Shown here piece by piece: positions 41,081-49,994 of a stretch of DNA of 64,000 bases. Source of the DNA: an uncultured virus (IMG/VR IMGVR_UViG_3300029267_002644) (Duplodnaviria > Heunggongvirae > Uroviricota > Caudoviricetes); the IMG/VR virus record IMGVR_UViG_3300029267_002644, one strand, 5' to 3'. Positions within the stretch are counted from its first letter, which is position 1. Each line of letters opens with the position of its first letter. Under the pieces are notes generated by a model that saw only the letters and a program-made list of their open reading frames with translations, searched no databases and was not told where the DNA came from. Both the position numbers and the translations under genes were made by a program.

Positions 41081-41180
41081 TGGGAAAAATATATTTCCAA
41101 CTGGGACTGGTTTAAGCTCATATCTCTAATCATTTTATTGTTGTTACTCGGGTTAATAGAATACATCTAAGGATCGATAT

Positions 41181-41720
41181 ATGATTGACCGACATTTAAA
41201 TTACATTCAAGAGCAAATGTTTAATGCTCGAGTTATCCCGCAGGACCTGCTCAAAGACATATTAACAAAAATATATCCTGCTAATTATGATGGTAGAAAA
41301 TTCAGTGTTAGAAATATTCAAGCAAGTCATGAAAGTCTATGGGACTGGTTATATTCAACACAAAATGAAGATCCTGAAGAAAGAAAACCAACTGATGATT
41401 CTAAACTCTTTATCACCAAAAATAACATGATGGGCATCCACACATATGTAAATGGTGATATAGCAGTATTCTGTCCAAGAACAAAACTCATCACTGACTT
41501 CTCCCATAATACAAACTGCCTTGTAATATTTGCTCCACCCGAAGTAAAAGGACAATTTTGGAAACCATATCATTATCAAGACTGGATTGAGGATGTAACA
41601 TCTTGGAGACATATTGACTCATTCTTTAGAAACGATGCCAGAAAACATAAACCAAAAGATGACAATAAAGCAAGAATGGTTTTAAAACAATTACGTAAAA
41701 AGTTGAGCCCTAAAAAATGA
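41181..41720 (+). CDS. Hypothetical protein with leader
   Basis: MIDRHLNYIQEQ. Confidence 0.6.
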   Translation: MIDRHLNYIQEQMFNARVIPQDLLKDILTKIYPANYDGRKFSVRNIQASHESLWDWLYSTQNEDPEERKPTDDSKLFITKNNMMGIHTYVNGDIAVFCPRTKLITDFSHNTNCLVIFAPPEVKGQFWKPYHYQDWIEDVTSWRHIDSFFRNDARKHKPKDDNKARMVLKQLRKKLSPKK

Positions 41721-42208
41721 TAGACATATATTTGAATATTATACAAGAAAGTAAAGTTTTTTCAAAAAATGCTAACGCGCCCTGTGCAGCATATGAAACA
41801 GTATACGGAGAAAAATGTCCCCACAGAAGAGGTCAATATCCAGGTAAACATTATACTAAAACATGGCAAGGAATATTAGTAGATGGTAATCTAAAAAGAA
41901 AATGGTTATCTGATTTAGCAAACATTAAACAAATAGAAATGAGATCGTCCTGTGAAGGGCATGAAGAAAATTGGGTCTCTTTTATTATATTCAGACTCAA
42001 TAATCCAAAACTTGAATCTAATAAAAGATATCTTACAAGACTCATTCTTAACTTAGAAAAATCTGATAAAATAACCAAAGCATCATGGTCAATAGGACGA
42101 GGAGAAGGAAGACCAAGAATAGTAGTAGCTGCTCCAATATGGGTTGGTCAACCAGATTGGGAACAATGGTGGAGCACATTAGCATTAAGAGTCAAGAGGA
42201 GCTTATAG
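41717..42208 (+). CDS. Hypothetical protein with leader and SSCEGH motif
   Basis: MIDIYLNIIQES; VD...SSCEGH. Confidence 0.6.
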   Translation: MIDIYLNIIQESKVFSKNANAPCAAYETVYGEKCPHRRGQYPGKHYTKTWQGILVDGNLKRKWLSDLANIKQIEMRSSCEGHEENWVSFIIFRLNNPKLESNKRYLTRLILNLEKSDKITKASWSIGRGEGRPRIVVAAPIWVGQPDWEQWWSTLALRVKRSL

Positions 42209-42210
42209 AG

Positions 42211-42477
42211 ATGATTGACAAACATTTAAACAGTCAATTAAACCGGATACAAGAAGGAGTTAAATCAGAATACACAATTACTCTTGAATGTACAGACCAA
42301 GCCGTTGAAGAGTTAATTCCTCTATTAAAACATTTACAACATGCTACTGCTATAGGACACTCTTTAGAAATACAAACAGACCCTGATATAAAAGAATATA
42401 CTAAGAAATTCTTTCTAGACGGTGATGGAGCCTCTCATATAAAGACAATAAAACTTAATGGGAAAAAGGTGAAATAG
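42211..42477 (+). CDS. Hypothetical protein with leader
   Basis: Likely start 42211 after SD gaggag: MIDKHLNSQLNRIQEG. Confidence 0.6.
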   Translation: MIDKHLNSQLNRIQEGVKSEYTITLECTDQAVEELIPLLKHLQHATAIGHSLEIQTDPDIKEYTKKFFLDGDGASHIKTIKLNGKKVK

Positions 42478-42842
42478 GGAAACAGACTTGGGGGGTTTTG
42501 TCCGGACCTTTGACTAGTAGTGTGTATTACATTATTAGTGGGGATATGTATTGAGGCTTTAGCCAGATAGTTTCCTATGAAAGTTAGCAATGTCCTGGAT
42601 AGAGAGCAATTCGCTATATGAGACGTAAAAATTTAAAAAATTTTATATAGGGTTTCTATATGAAATCGAGGATCTGTATGGTATTTCGTTTTTCAAAATT
42701 GAAAAATTTTAAAATTATACCTGACCGATCCTGCTGTAATCCGCATTACTACCATATAATATAGTGTCGATGTTCTTAAAGAATATGGGTCACGGAAGTA
42801 AGTTCGACGCAGAGTGAGTAAAGAATGATAGGAGAGAAAAGA

Positions 42843-43358
42843 ATGATTTTAGGCCGTGTTGGTGAGACAGTCCAAGATGACTTCTCAGTCACAGATTCAT
42901 CAGATGCACTAGTTGCTGGCATCGATAGTACAGCATTCACGTTGCATCTATTTGACGAATCTGGCAGTGAAGTGTCAACTACCGTTCCTGTCAATATTAC
43001 AGAATTGGGTTATGGTCATTATCGAGCAGAATTTACTCCTAATGCAGTTGGCATGTGGATGCTAAGTGTCTATCATACCACTCATTTCCCTTGGGGCAAG
43101 ACAGGCAATATACAGGTCTTTGCTAATGACTTCGACACAATAGAGACGATATTAACGCGCATATTGGGACTAACTCAGGAGAACTTCTATATAGACCAAA
43201 CAACATTTGACACGTCTAATAACCTGACCGCATCTCGTGTCCGGATATATTCAGATGCTGCAAGTGTTGGAACCAGTTCAAATGTCATTGCTACATATTT
43301 AATGACAGCCACATATACCGGTAATAATATGGAAACATATACAATGAAGAAACAATAG
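42843..43358 (+). CDS. Ig-like beta-sandwich structural protein
   Basis: Likely start 42843 (SD aggag); ITELGYGHYRAEFTP..VGMW pattern. Confidence 0.55.
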   Translation: MILGRVGETVQDDFSVTDSSDALVAGIDSTAFTLHLFDESGSEVSTTVPVNITELGYGHYRAEFTPNAVGMWMLSVYHTTHFPWGKTGNIQVFANDFDTIETILTRILGLTQENFYIDQTTFDTSNNLTASRVRIYSDAASVGTSSNVIATYLMTATYTGNNMETYTMKKQ

Positions 43359-43370
43359 GAGGAATTCAAG

Positions 43371-43748
43371 ATGGACAGCACTAAATACAGAGACTTACTA
43401 ACAGAGCAGACAATTAAAATACACAAAGTCAAAATACAAGAGAAATGTGACAAGATAGAAGAGGAAGAAACCGTAGAGGAATCTCGGGTAGGCGCTGCAG
43501 TTAAAGCAGCTAAGGCGGCAGGAAAAGCAATAAGAGGTAAAGCAAAAGTTGTTGGACAAGCAGCATCCCAGCATCCCGCTGCTGCAGGAGCAGTTGCTGG
43601 CGTTCCTGCTGGGTTAGCAGCCAGAGTCGCTATATTGAGAAAGAAATGCCGAACGAAATTTGCAAATGATCCAGATAAACTAAAACAATGTCTGGCAGCA
43701 GCAAATAAAACGAAGACAGCATCAGGGAAATACTCCGGTTTTAAATAG
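43371..43748 (+). CDS. Basic Ala/Lys-rich protein with leader and a Cys pair
   Basis: MDSTKYRDLLTEQ; KKCRTKFANDPDKLKQCL. Confidence 0.55.
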   Translation: MDSTKYRDLLTEQTIKIHKVKIQEKCDKIEEEETVEESRVGAAVKAAKAAGKAIRGKAKVVGQAASQHPAAAGAVAGVPAGLAARVAILRKKCRTKFANDPDKLKQCLAAANKTKTASGKYSGFK

Positions 43749-43759
43749 AGAAGTAGTTT

Positions 43760-43792
43760 CCAACACTGTCAGCAGGTACAGTGTTGGTTTTT
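43760..43792 (+). terminator. Intrinsic terminator
   Basis: ccaacactgt/acagtgttgg 10-bp stem followed by ttttt. Confidence 0.78.
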
Positions 43793-43805
43793 GTTTGGGA
43801 TCGAC

Positions 43806-44005
43806 GCTCATTGCTAATGTGCATAGGGCGAAAAGCGTATTGAACGGAGAAATCGACACTATCTGCTCATAGGAGTGTTTGTTTTTAGAAAACGATACGC
43901 TTTTGTCCCTATGGCAGCATGGATTGGAGCAGGATTCGTGCCAGAATGTGCGCATGTGAACGGCAACCTGCGTGCAGCAGGATGAATTACTACGGAAATT
44001 CTGTA
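43806..44005. other. Structured non-coding element (long imperfect hairpin plus small hairpins)
   Basis: 43822-43842 pairs with 43893-43913 (19 of 21 including one G-T); cctgc/gcagg at 43967-43981. Confidence 0.5.
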
Positions 44006-44232
44006 AAGAAACAAACTGCTAATATTCCAAAACATAAAATTCCATCATTCTGCTAACTCTATATGAAGATCTCGGATACTACCTATTCTCTATCCCGGAA
44101 ATACCACCCAAACCCGCAAAAACCATGGGACAGATAACGGGTCAGATAATATTACACAACCTAAAACAAATAACCACTATGAACTCTTACACTATATGCA
44201 CATATACTAAATACCCTAATGAGGTAACAACC

Positions 44233-44580
44233 ATGTCTAAGAAACAAACTGACATCGACATATATCTGAATAGGGTCCAGACCGTTAAACTTACTGAATA
44301 TGGTCCTACCTCAGATGAGGATAAAAGTAATAAGGGAAAGACTCCTTCTGGTGCTGCTACTAGTGTAAAGAATGCTATAGTTGGTGTTACATCTCAGGGT
44401 TTGAATGATGAGACTGGTAAGAGATTAGAGAGAAAAACTAAGAAGTGGAATGATCTTAAAATGAATTATATAGAGAAGCGTAAAAAGCTATTTGCTAAGA
44501 GGTCTAAAACAAGTAAACATAAGACTACTAAGACTGGGACTCATACATTTGAAGTAATGAGTAAATCTGGTAAAAATTAA
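44233..44580 (+). CDS. Very basic protein with leader
   Basis: Likely start 44233 (SD gaggt): MSKKQTDIDIYLNRVQTVKLTE. Confidence 0.6.
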   Translation: MSKKQTDIDIYLNRVQTVKLTEYGPTSDEDKSNKGKTPSGAATSVKNAIVGVTSQGLNDETGKRLERKTKKWNDLKMNYIEKRKKLFAKRSKTSKHKTTKTGTHTFEVMSKSGKN

Positions 44581-44592
44581 TAGGTAAATAAA

Positions 44593-44997
44593 ATGTCTAC
44601 AAAAAAGAAACAAACTGTTTTTATTGAGCAATTGGTAGATAAGAAAATAGATAGAGCTATAGATAGTGTTCAAGAAGGCTTTAGTAAGTCTACTGTGATG
44701 TTTGGTATTGATAAAAACATGAAAACTATAAAGAAAGTCAAGAGTAAATGTAAAGCAGTTTGTAAAAAGGAATATAGTGATCATTATCAAATGACTAAAT
44801 GTCAATATATATGTGGTATCAAGGCTATGCAAGCTGAGGTTAAAATACTAAAGGCTGCTATACCTCAATGTAAGGGAGAAAAGAGAGTTGATAAATGTGA
44901 ATATAAGTTAAGGGCTAGATTAGCAAAAGTTATAGCTAAGTTGAAGAAGAGGGAAGCCAACCTTACTATGATGGATAAATTACATAACAATAAGTAG
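44593..44997 (+). CDS. Basic Cys-patterned helical protein with leader
   Basis: IDRAIDSVQEG; C-x22-C-x8-C. Confidence 0.6.
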   Translation: MSTKKKQTVFIEQLVDKKIDRAIDSVQEGFSKSTVMFGIDKNMKTIKKVKSKCKAVCKKEYSDHYQMTKCQYICGIKAMQAEVKILKAAIPQCKGEKRVDKCEYKLRARLAKVIAKLKKREANLTMMDKLHNNK

Positions 44998-45005
44998 AGG
45001 TTAAT

Positions 45006-45734
45006 ATGTTACTTACTGAGTCATATTTAGATTATCTTGAAGAGGCTTCAGCTGATGAATTTGCAGATAAAATTAGAAAGGTGTCTTCTGTGTATGACAG
45101 TGAGATTAAAATAGCAGAAGACAAATTGAAGGATCTCAAAGACCCTGGTGCTATTAAAGACCAGAAAGAGAAAATTCAAAGACTCAAAGCCAACAAGTCT
45201 GCGAAGTTAAAATCTTTAGAGGATTCATTCAAGAAGAGGTATAATGACCCATCAGGTGAGAAGTTTAAAAAGAAGATGAGTCAATCACAATCAAGAGCAA
45301 AAGCTGGTCAGAGAGCAGGACCCAGACCTGGTGGTTTTAGATATAGTAGAACTGGAGCAGGTGGTCCGCAATTCAAATATAAGGGTCCTAGTTTATGGTT
45401 TTATCTTTTGAGTGATCCCGCTTTTGTAGTATCTGCCATTTACTTATTGACTATATTGTCTATGTATACAGCTCACCAAGCTAGAAAGATGATGAAGAAA
45501 GCTAAGGAGAGATGTTCTTTTAAATTTGGTAAAGCGAGAGAGGTGTGTCTAAAAAAGAATAGAATAAAAGTATTACAAATGAAGCTAAAGAATTATAAAC
45601 TAGCTCTAAAGAGATGCACAACAACCAAGGATCCGAAATCATGTAAGGTTAAGGTCCAAGAAAAGATTAAGTCAATCACTGCTCAAATCAAAAAAGCAAA
45701 TAAACAGTTAGCTGAATTAGAGGCGGCTGCATAA
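45006..45734 (+). CDS. Basic protein with leader, hydrophobic helix and C-x10-C-x22-C-x8-C domain
   Basis: MLLTESYLDYLEEA; FVVSAIYLLTILSM. Confidence 0.6.
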   Translation: MLLTESYLDYLEEASADEFADKIRKVSSVYDSEIKIAEDKLKDLKDPGAIKDQKEKIQRLKANKSAKLKSLEDSFKKRYNDPSGEKFKKKMSQSQSRAKAGQRAGPRPGGFRYSRTGAGGPQFKYKGPSLWFYLLSDPAFVVSAIYLLTILSMYTAHQARKMMKKAKERCSFKFGKAREVCLKKNRIKVLQMKLKNYKLALKRCTTTKDPKSCKVKVQEKIKSITAQIKKANKQLAELEAAA

Positions 45735-45746
45735 CGGAGTTGTATC

Positions 45747-46067
45747 ATGAATGATATTGATAAGCATCTTGACAATATTCAAAATGAGTATATTGTTGAG
45801 GGTCCAGTAGCTGTAGTTATGAAGATGTTGGGTAAAAAGTCTATAAAGAATGTTAAGGCTGCTAATAGATTATGTGGTTCTAAATCTGGAGCAGATAAAG
45901 CTAAATGTATTGCTGCCATTAGAAAGAAAGCATTAGAAGAAAAGGTTAGAGGATTGCAAGGTGGAATGAAAGTTTGTTTTAAGGTCAAGGATACTGAGAA
46001 GTGTAAGAAACAATTTTCTAGAGAGATATCAAAGATACAAAAACAAATAGCTCAACTACCAGCCTAA
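45747..46067 (+). CDS. Basic protein with leader and C-x10-C-x22-C-x8-C domain
   Basis: MNDIDKHLDNIQNEYIVEG. Confidence 0.6.
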   Translation: MNDIDKHLDNIQNEYIVEGPVAVVMKMLGKKSIKNVKAANRLCGSKSGADKAKCIAAIRKKALEEKVRGLQGGMKVCFKVKDTEKCKKQFSREISKIQKQIAQLPA

Positions 46068-46082
46068 GAAAGGATTAAGAAA

Positions 46083-46259
46083 ATGGCTCAGATAATATAT
46101 GAGGAAGTTGAGTTGAATCTTCCACAAGATGTATATGACCAACTAGCTCTTATTGGTTTACAAAAAATAAAGGATGATAAAGACGCGTTGGTTAACTATG
46201 CTGCGGTCTTGTTATTAAGGGAATATCTTGATTCGAAAAAGACTGACCCGGAGGAATAG
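46083..46259 (+). CDS. 58-aa hypothetical protein (absent from the ORF track)
   Basis: MAQIIYEEVELNLPQDVYDQLALIGL...; aagga upstream. Confidence 0.5.
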   Translation: MAQIIYEEVELNLPQDVYDQLALIGLQKIKDDKDALVNYAAVLLLREYLDSKKTDPEE

Positions 46260-46278
46260 ACCAGTCTTCGTTGGAGTC

Positions 46279-46548
46279 TTAATGCTCCAACATACATCTT
46301 GCGAAACCAATCTGATCTTCACGTGCATTAAGAGTAGTGAGATGACGAACTGCGAGATGCTTCACGTTTCTCACGTTCTTGACCCCATCCACTCCCAACG
46401 CCAGACCAACTGACTTGATGACTTTTTCTTGTTTTTCTTTACTAACGATTTCAGTGAACCAGCTGGTCGCTTCTAAAATTTGTCGTACTGCAGCAAACTT
46501 TCCATTAATCACTCTATGGAATTCTGCTTCTTCTAATGTTTTCTTCAT
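46279..46548 (-). CDS. Hypothetical protein
   Basis: SD aggaggt. Confidence 0.6.
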   Translation of the reverse strand: MKKTLEEAEFHRVINGKFAAVRQILEATSWFTEIVSKEKQEKVIKSVGLALGVDGVKNVRNVKHLAVRHLTTLNAREDQIGFARCMLEH

Positions 46549-46565
46549 GGCGGGATCACCTCCTG

Positions 46566-46748
46566 TCAGGTGTCTTGTTCCTCCAGAATCATCTCAGCCT
46601 TATCACACACGATCTCAGCTTCACGATTCGTCTTCTGGAGTTCGTCCAGATCCTTAGACAATCTTTTCAGACGTTTAGCAATATCTGCAAGATCGTCTTT
46701 ACGTTTCTGGAACATTTGTTTAACCAGCTTAGACCTGCTTAAGGTCAT
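46566..46748 (-). CDS. Small coiled-coil protein
   Basis: SD ggaggt; downstream of a class M motif. Confidence 0.55.
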   Translation of the reverse strand: MTLSRSKLVKQMFQKRKDDLADIAKRLKRLSKDLDELQKTNREAEIVCDKAEMILEEQDT

Positions 46749-46783
46749 ACCACACCTCCATACAAAAGACTACCTTCGCATAA

Positions 46784-46815
46784 TAATATATATACCTTTC
46801 GATTTTTTACGGACA
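46784..46815 (-). promoter_or_regulatory. Class M bipartite motif TGTCCGTAAA-N11-TATATATATTA
   Basis: Same boxes and spacing at 51909-51940 and 60358-60389. Confidence 0.75.
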
Positions 46816-46845
46816 ACAAAAAAGAGGGTAACCCCCTTACCCTCT
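46815..46845 (-). terminator. Intrinsic terminator of 46865..47263
   Basis: agagggtaa/ttaccctct 9-bp stem with a T-run on the minus strand. Confidence 0.7.
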
Positions 46846-46864
46846 AGTTCTTGACGCCGAAGCA

Positions 46865-47263
46865 TCACCCTCCTTTTTTGCCTTGAGGTTCTTCTGTCAC
46901 CTTGATTATTTGTCTTAGCATTTTTGCAGCTTCTTCGGTCAGGCCTATCATTACAATATTGTTGGACTTTACTGCTTGCTTGTATAGCATTTGTAAATGG
47001 GTGATGGTGTATATGAATGATGCAAACCATATCGGAGGATCACCTTCAATACTCTCTTTGAAGTTATGTTGTTTTAAGAACTCAGCATAATCAGTCTCTA
47101 AGACTTTTATGTATTCTTTTAGTTCTTGGAATCTCCAGTTTCCAATACCAGCTTGAAGGTTGTCCATGTGGGTCAGTTCTTCATATTTATCCCCACAACT
47201 ACATCTGTCCTCAATGGACCTTTCTACACCACAACACCACCAGGTTTTATCTGCCATTGTCAC
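46865..47263 (-). CDS. Hypothetical protein with N-terminal Cys motif
   Basis: WWCCG...CSCG; SD gggag. Confidence 0.55.
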   Translation of the reverse strand: MTMADKTWWCCGVERSIEDRCSCGDKYEELTHMDNLQAGIGNWRFQELKEYIKVLETDYAEFLKQHNFKESIEGDPPIWFASFIYTITHLQMLYKQAVKSNNIVMIGLTEEAAKMLRQIIKVTEEPQGKKGG

Positions 47264-47306
47264 ACTCCCTTCTTTTTAGTACAAACCGTTTCTCTTCATT
47301 AGTAAG

Positions 47307-47339
47307 TAATATATATAGTTTTCGCGAACAAATAATAAA
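47307..47339. promoter_or_regulatory. Back-to-back class M and class P motifs
   Basis: taatatatata 47307-47317; gaacaaataataaa 47326-47339. Confidence 0.6.
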
Positions 47340-47473
47340 CCTTTCGTAGTGTCTGGTTTGTTGTTAAATTTCTATTTTAAAGGGTTTGTGTTATTACACA
47401 TAACCCATATACCTTTTATATTATGAACGGCGTCCAGAGTCGTCCTTATTTGTCCTTAGAAGGAGAATGACCT

Positions 47474-48049
47474 ATGTATGAGCACACAGATCTCTATCTT
47501 GAGTATATACAAGAAGGGTTTGCGACACCTGCTATGATTACCAAGTTTGGTGATGCTCTAAAACGAGGCAACTTCAAATTGATGAAGAAAATGTCGGACA
47601 TGTTTCAAGGACGAGTTGACAAATTATCAGTAGTTGAAGCAAAGCTGAAGAAACAATATAAAGATTATGATTCACTAAAGAGATTTGCTGTAAGTAAATT
47701 AAATCCAAAACTTCCAGATATTTTTAAGCAGGTTTCTGGTGGACTCTTAGCAGTCATTGGATCAACAACTGACAATCCTAGGAGGACCATTCAAGAGAAG
47801 GTTAATGAGATAAACAAAAAGGCTATTCAAGAGGGACGCAAAGTAGCCAAATCAATAGCAGTAGACATTGATGTTGAAAAAACAGATGACGAAGGACTGG
47901 GTGAGGATCTAGCAGTCTTCATGATGGGAGCTCTTGCAATCATACTATCTACTATAGTGGTTGGACTATTTACAGGCGGTCCAGTAATAGTAGTAGGTTA
48001 TCTCGGTTTTATTGCTTGGATAATTACTATGGCTCTTATATACGGTTAA
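47474..48049 (+). CDS. Protein with leader and two C-terminal TM helices
   Basis: MYEHTDLYLEYIQEG; hydrophobic C-terminal hairpin. Confidence 0.6.
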   Translation: MYEHTDLYLEYIQEGFATPAMITKFGDALKRGNFKLMKKMSDMFQGRVDKLSVVEAKLKKQYKDYDSLKRFAVSKLNPKLPDIFKQVSGGLLAVIGSTTDNPRRTIQEKVNEINKKAIQEGRKVAKSIAVDIDVEKTDDEGLGEDLAVFMMGALAIILSTIVVGLFTGGPVIVVGYLGFIAWIITMALIYG

Positions 48050-48061
48050 TAGGAGAGATCA

Positions 48062-48280
48062 ATGGCGACAGGAACATCACTAGTTACTAAAGGATTTATT
48101 ACTCCTCTCTTTACAACAGTCGCAGGCAGTGGTTCAGGAGGTGACGGCCTTGTAAGGAAGGATGATGATATTCTTTTTCCGAAAATAATAGTGAACAAAT
48201 TTAAAATAAGTGAACACGAAGATAAGTCGTTGACGGCAGAGAAACTTAAAGTCACTTCAGTTAAATTAGTGCTTGATTAG
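48062..48280 (+). CDS. Small hypothetical protein
   Basis: SD ggag; SLVTKG...GSGSGG. Confidence 0.55.
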   Translation: MATGTSLVTKGFITPLFTTVAGSGSGGDGLVRKDDDILFPKIIVNKFKISEHEDKSLTAEKLKVTSVKLVLD

Positions 48281-48289
48281 GAGATAATT

Positions 48290-48877
48290 ATGGAACAAGA
48301 ATATCTACAAGAGTTGAAAAACTCTGTCGGTCGTGGAATTAAAAAACAACCTGTGGAGGAAGGATTTCTACGAGGTGTGTATACAGATGTCAAACATGCT
48401 CAACATGCTTTCACAAGTGTTGGTGATTTATTTCATTTAAGGAAAGCGAAAATCCTACCACGTGTTAAAAAGGTCCTTAGCAAAACTAAACAGACTGTAC
48501 AGAAGATGGATTTCACCCCACCCAAAGGAAGATCTCCAATTTTGTCTAATGCCCAAATGCAAGATAACTGGCGATTCTATTACTTCACTAACGATAAGAT
48601 ATTTAAGACCTGTATGGACAAAGCCAAGAAAGGTCAAGATCCAATCAAATTTTTCGACCTCAGTTTCAGAGATAAAGTTGCAAACGAATTATATGCGTCA
48701 AAATCAACAAACGACGTTCTTAAATTCATCGACAAGTTTGAAAAGCGTGTTGAGATGGTGCATAAAGCTGCGGAAAAGGACCCTGATAATAGTTCATGGC
48801 TTAATTTTTTAAAGCAAGCCATTTATGGTCTCCGTGATTTTGTCATTGCAGTTGAGAGATTTGTAGCATATAACTAA
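48290..48877 (+). CDS. Basic protein with leader-like N-terminus
   Basis: MEQEYLQE...PVEEG. Confidence 0.55.
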   Translation: MEQEYLQELKNSVGRGIKKQPVEEGFLRGVYTDVKHAQHAFTSVGDLFHLRKAKILPRVKKVLSKTKQTVQKMDFTPPKGRSPILSNAQMQDNWRFYYFTNDKIFKTCMDKAKKGQDPIKFFDLSFRDKVANELYASKSTNDVLKFIDKFEKRVEMVHKAAEKDPDNSSWLNFLKQAIYGLRDFVIAVERFVAYN

Positions 48878-48890
48878 AAGAAGGTACACC

Positions 48891-49994
48891 ATGCTTAAAT
48901 TAAATACTGATGAGAAAAGATCTTTACAATTTGAAGTGAATATACAAGGAATTAATCACCAAGAATTGCAGGGTGTTTTAAAATTTGTTGTTGGGGAAGT
49001 CGAATATGGTTTCCCAGTAAAGATTTTATCCGACCATATTTCTGTAGATGTGCCACCACTTGACGACATTGTTAAAGTGGGGTTAACCGAAGGCGAAGTT
49101 GTGGATTGTAAACTTGACGTCTTTGGTAACGGGTTTTATCTCAATCCTTGGAGCGGTCAGTTTAAGCTAAAGACTCCAGTAAGGATGGAAGCTAAAATGA
49201 GAATTGCAGATGATATACCTACACTCGCTAAAGAGAAGTCCGTTGAGAAGGGCATGACAGTAACACTCAAAGAAGAAGATGTCGTGGAACGTCATATCAC
49301 ACAAAAACCTGAGGATACAGAAGAGGAATATGGAGTTGAAGCAAGGGAGGCTCACGAGCCTGATGTTCCTGTAGCTGGTGTTGATACTGATGACGAGGAA
49401 GAGGAAGCGGCTCCAGTTAAACGTCCTATGGAGTCTGGAACAATAGATAAAGCTGAACTCCTTGACATGCTTGAAGAAGTCCTTGCAAGGAGAGAGCGTA
49501 GACGTAAAGAAACTATTAGGAGTAAACCACTGAGGGAGAGTAAGCCAGCAATCAAACCAGCTAAGAAGGCTTCTCCCCCTCCTCGGAAGACCAAAAAACA
49601 AAAGTTGGTGGAAGTCGTTTCAAAAACTGGTAAGCGGTATAAAGTGACACCCGATGTGGCAGAGCGTTTACAAGAAGTCTCTAATGTTGTTGATAGAAAA
49701 CTCAAGAAAAAACCAGTAAAGAAAAAAGTAGTTGAATCAAGGAAACCAAAAAAGAATGATTATGATCCTCGAAGATTAATGGAATCAAGAGGAATGAAGA
49801 ATAAAGCAATACAGGATGTCATGATTGAGAAGGCTGAGAGTATTGCTGGTGATGATCCCAAAGCTAAATTCTATGCACTTGAGAAACTACTTGGAATTCA
49901 AAGGGAAGGAAACTTGCTAGCAGAATATGAGCAGGTCCATGATGCATTGCGTTTCGCAGGAAAGGTGGAGGGAAGTGAAACGGAGAAAGTGTAA
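48891..49994 (+). CDS. Hypothetical protein: beta N-domain, acidic linker, basic region
   Basis: 367-aa ORF with repeated xxES motifs (PMES, LRES, VVES, LMES). Confidence 0.55.
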   Translation: MLKLNTDEKRSLQFEVNIQGINHQELQGVLKFVVGEVEYGFPVKILSDHISVDVPPLDDIVKVGLTEGEVVDCKLDVFGNGFYLNPWSGQFKLKTPVRMEAKMRIADDIPTLAKEKSVEKGMTVTLKEEDVVERHITQKPEDTEEEYGVEAREAHEPDVPVAGVDTDDEEEEAAPVKRPMESGTIDKAELLDMLEEVLARRERRRKETIRSKPLRESKPAIKPAKKASPPPRKTKKQKLVEVVSKTGKRYKVTPDVAERLQEVSNVVDRKLKKKPVKKKVVESRKPKKNDYDPRRLMESRGMKNKAIQDVMIEKAESIAGDDPKAKFYALEKLLGIQREGNLLAEYEQVHDALRFAGKVEGSETEKV

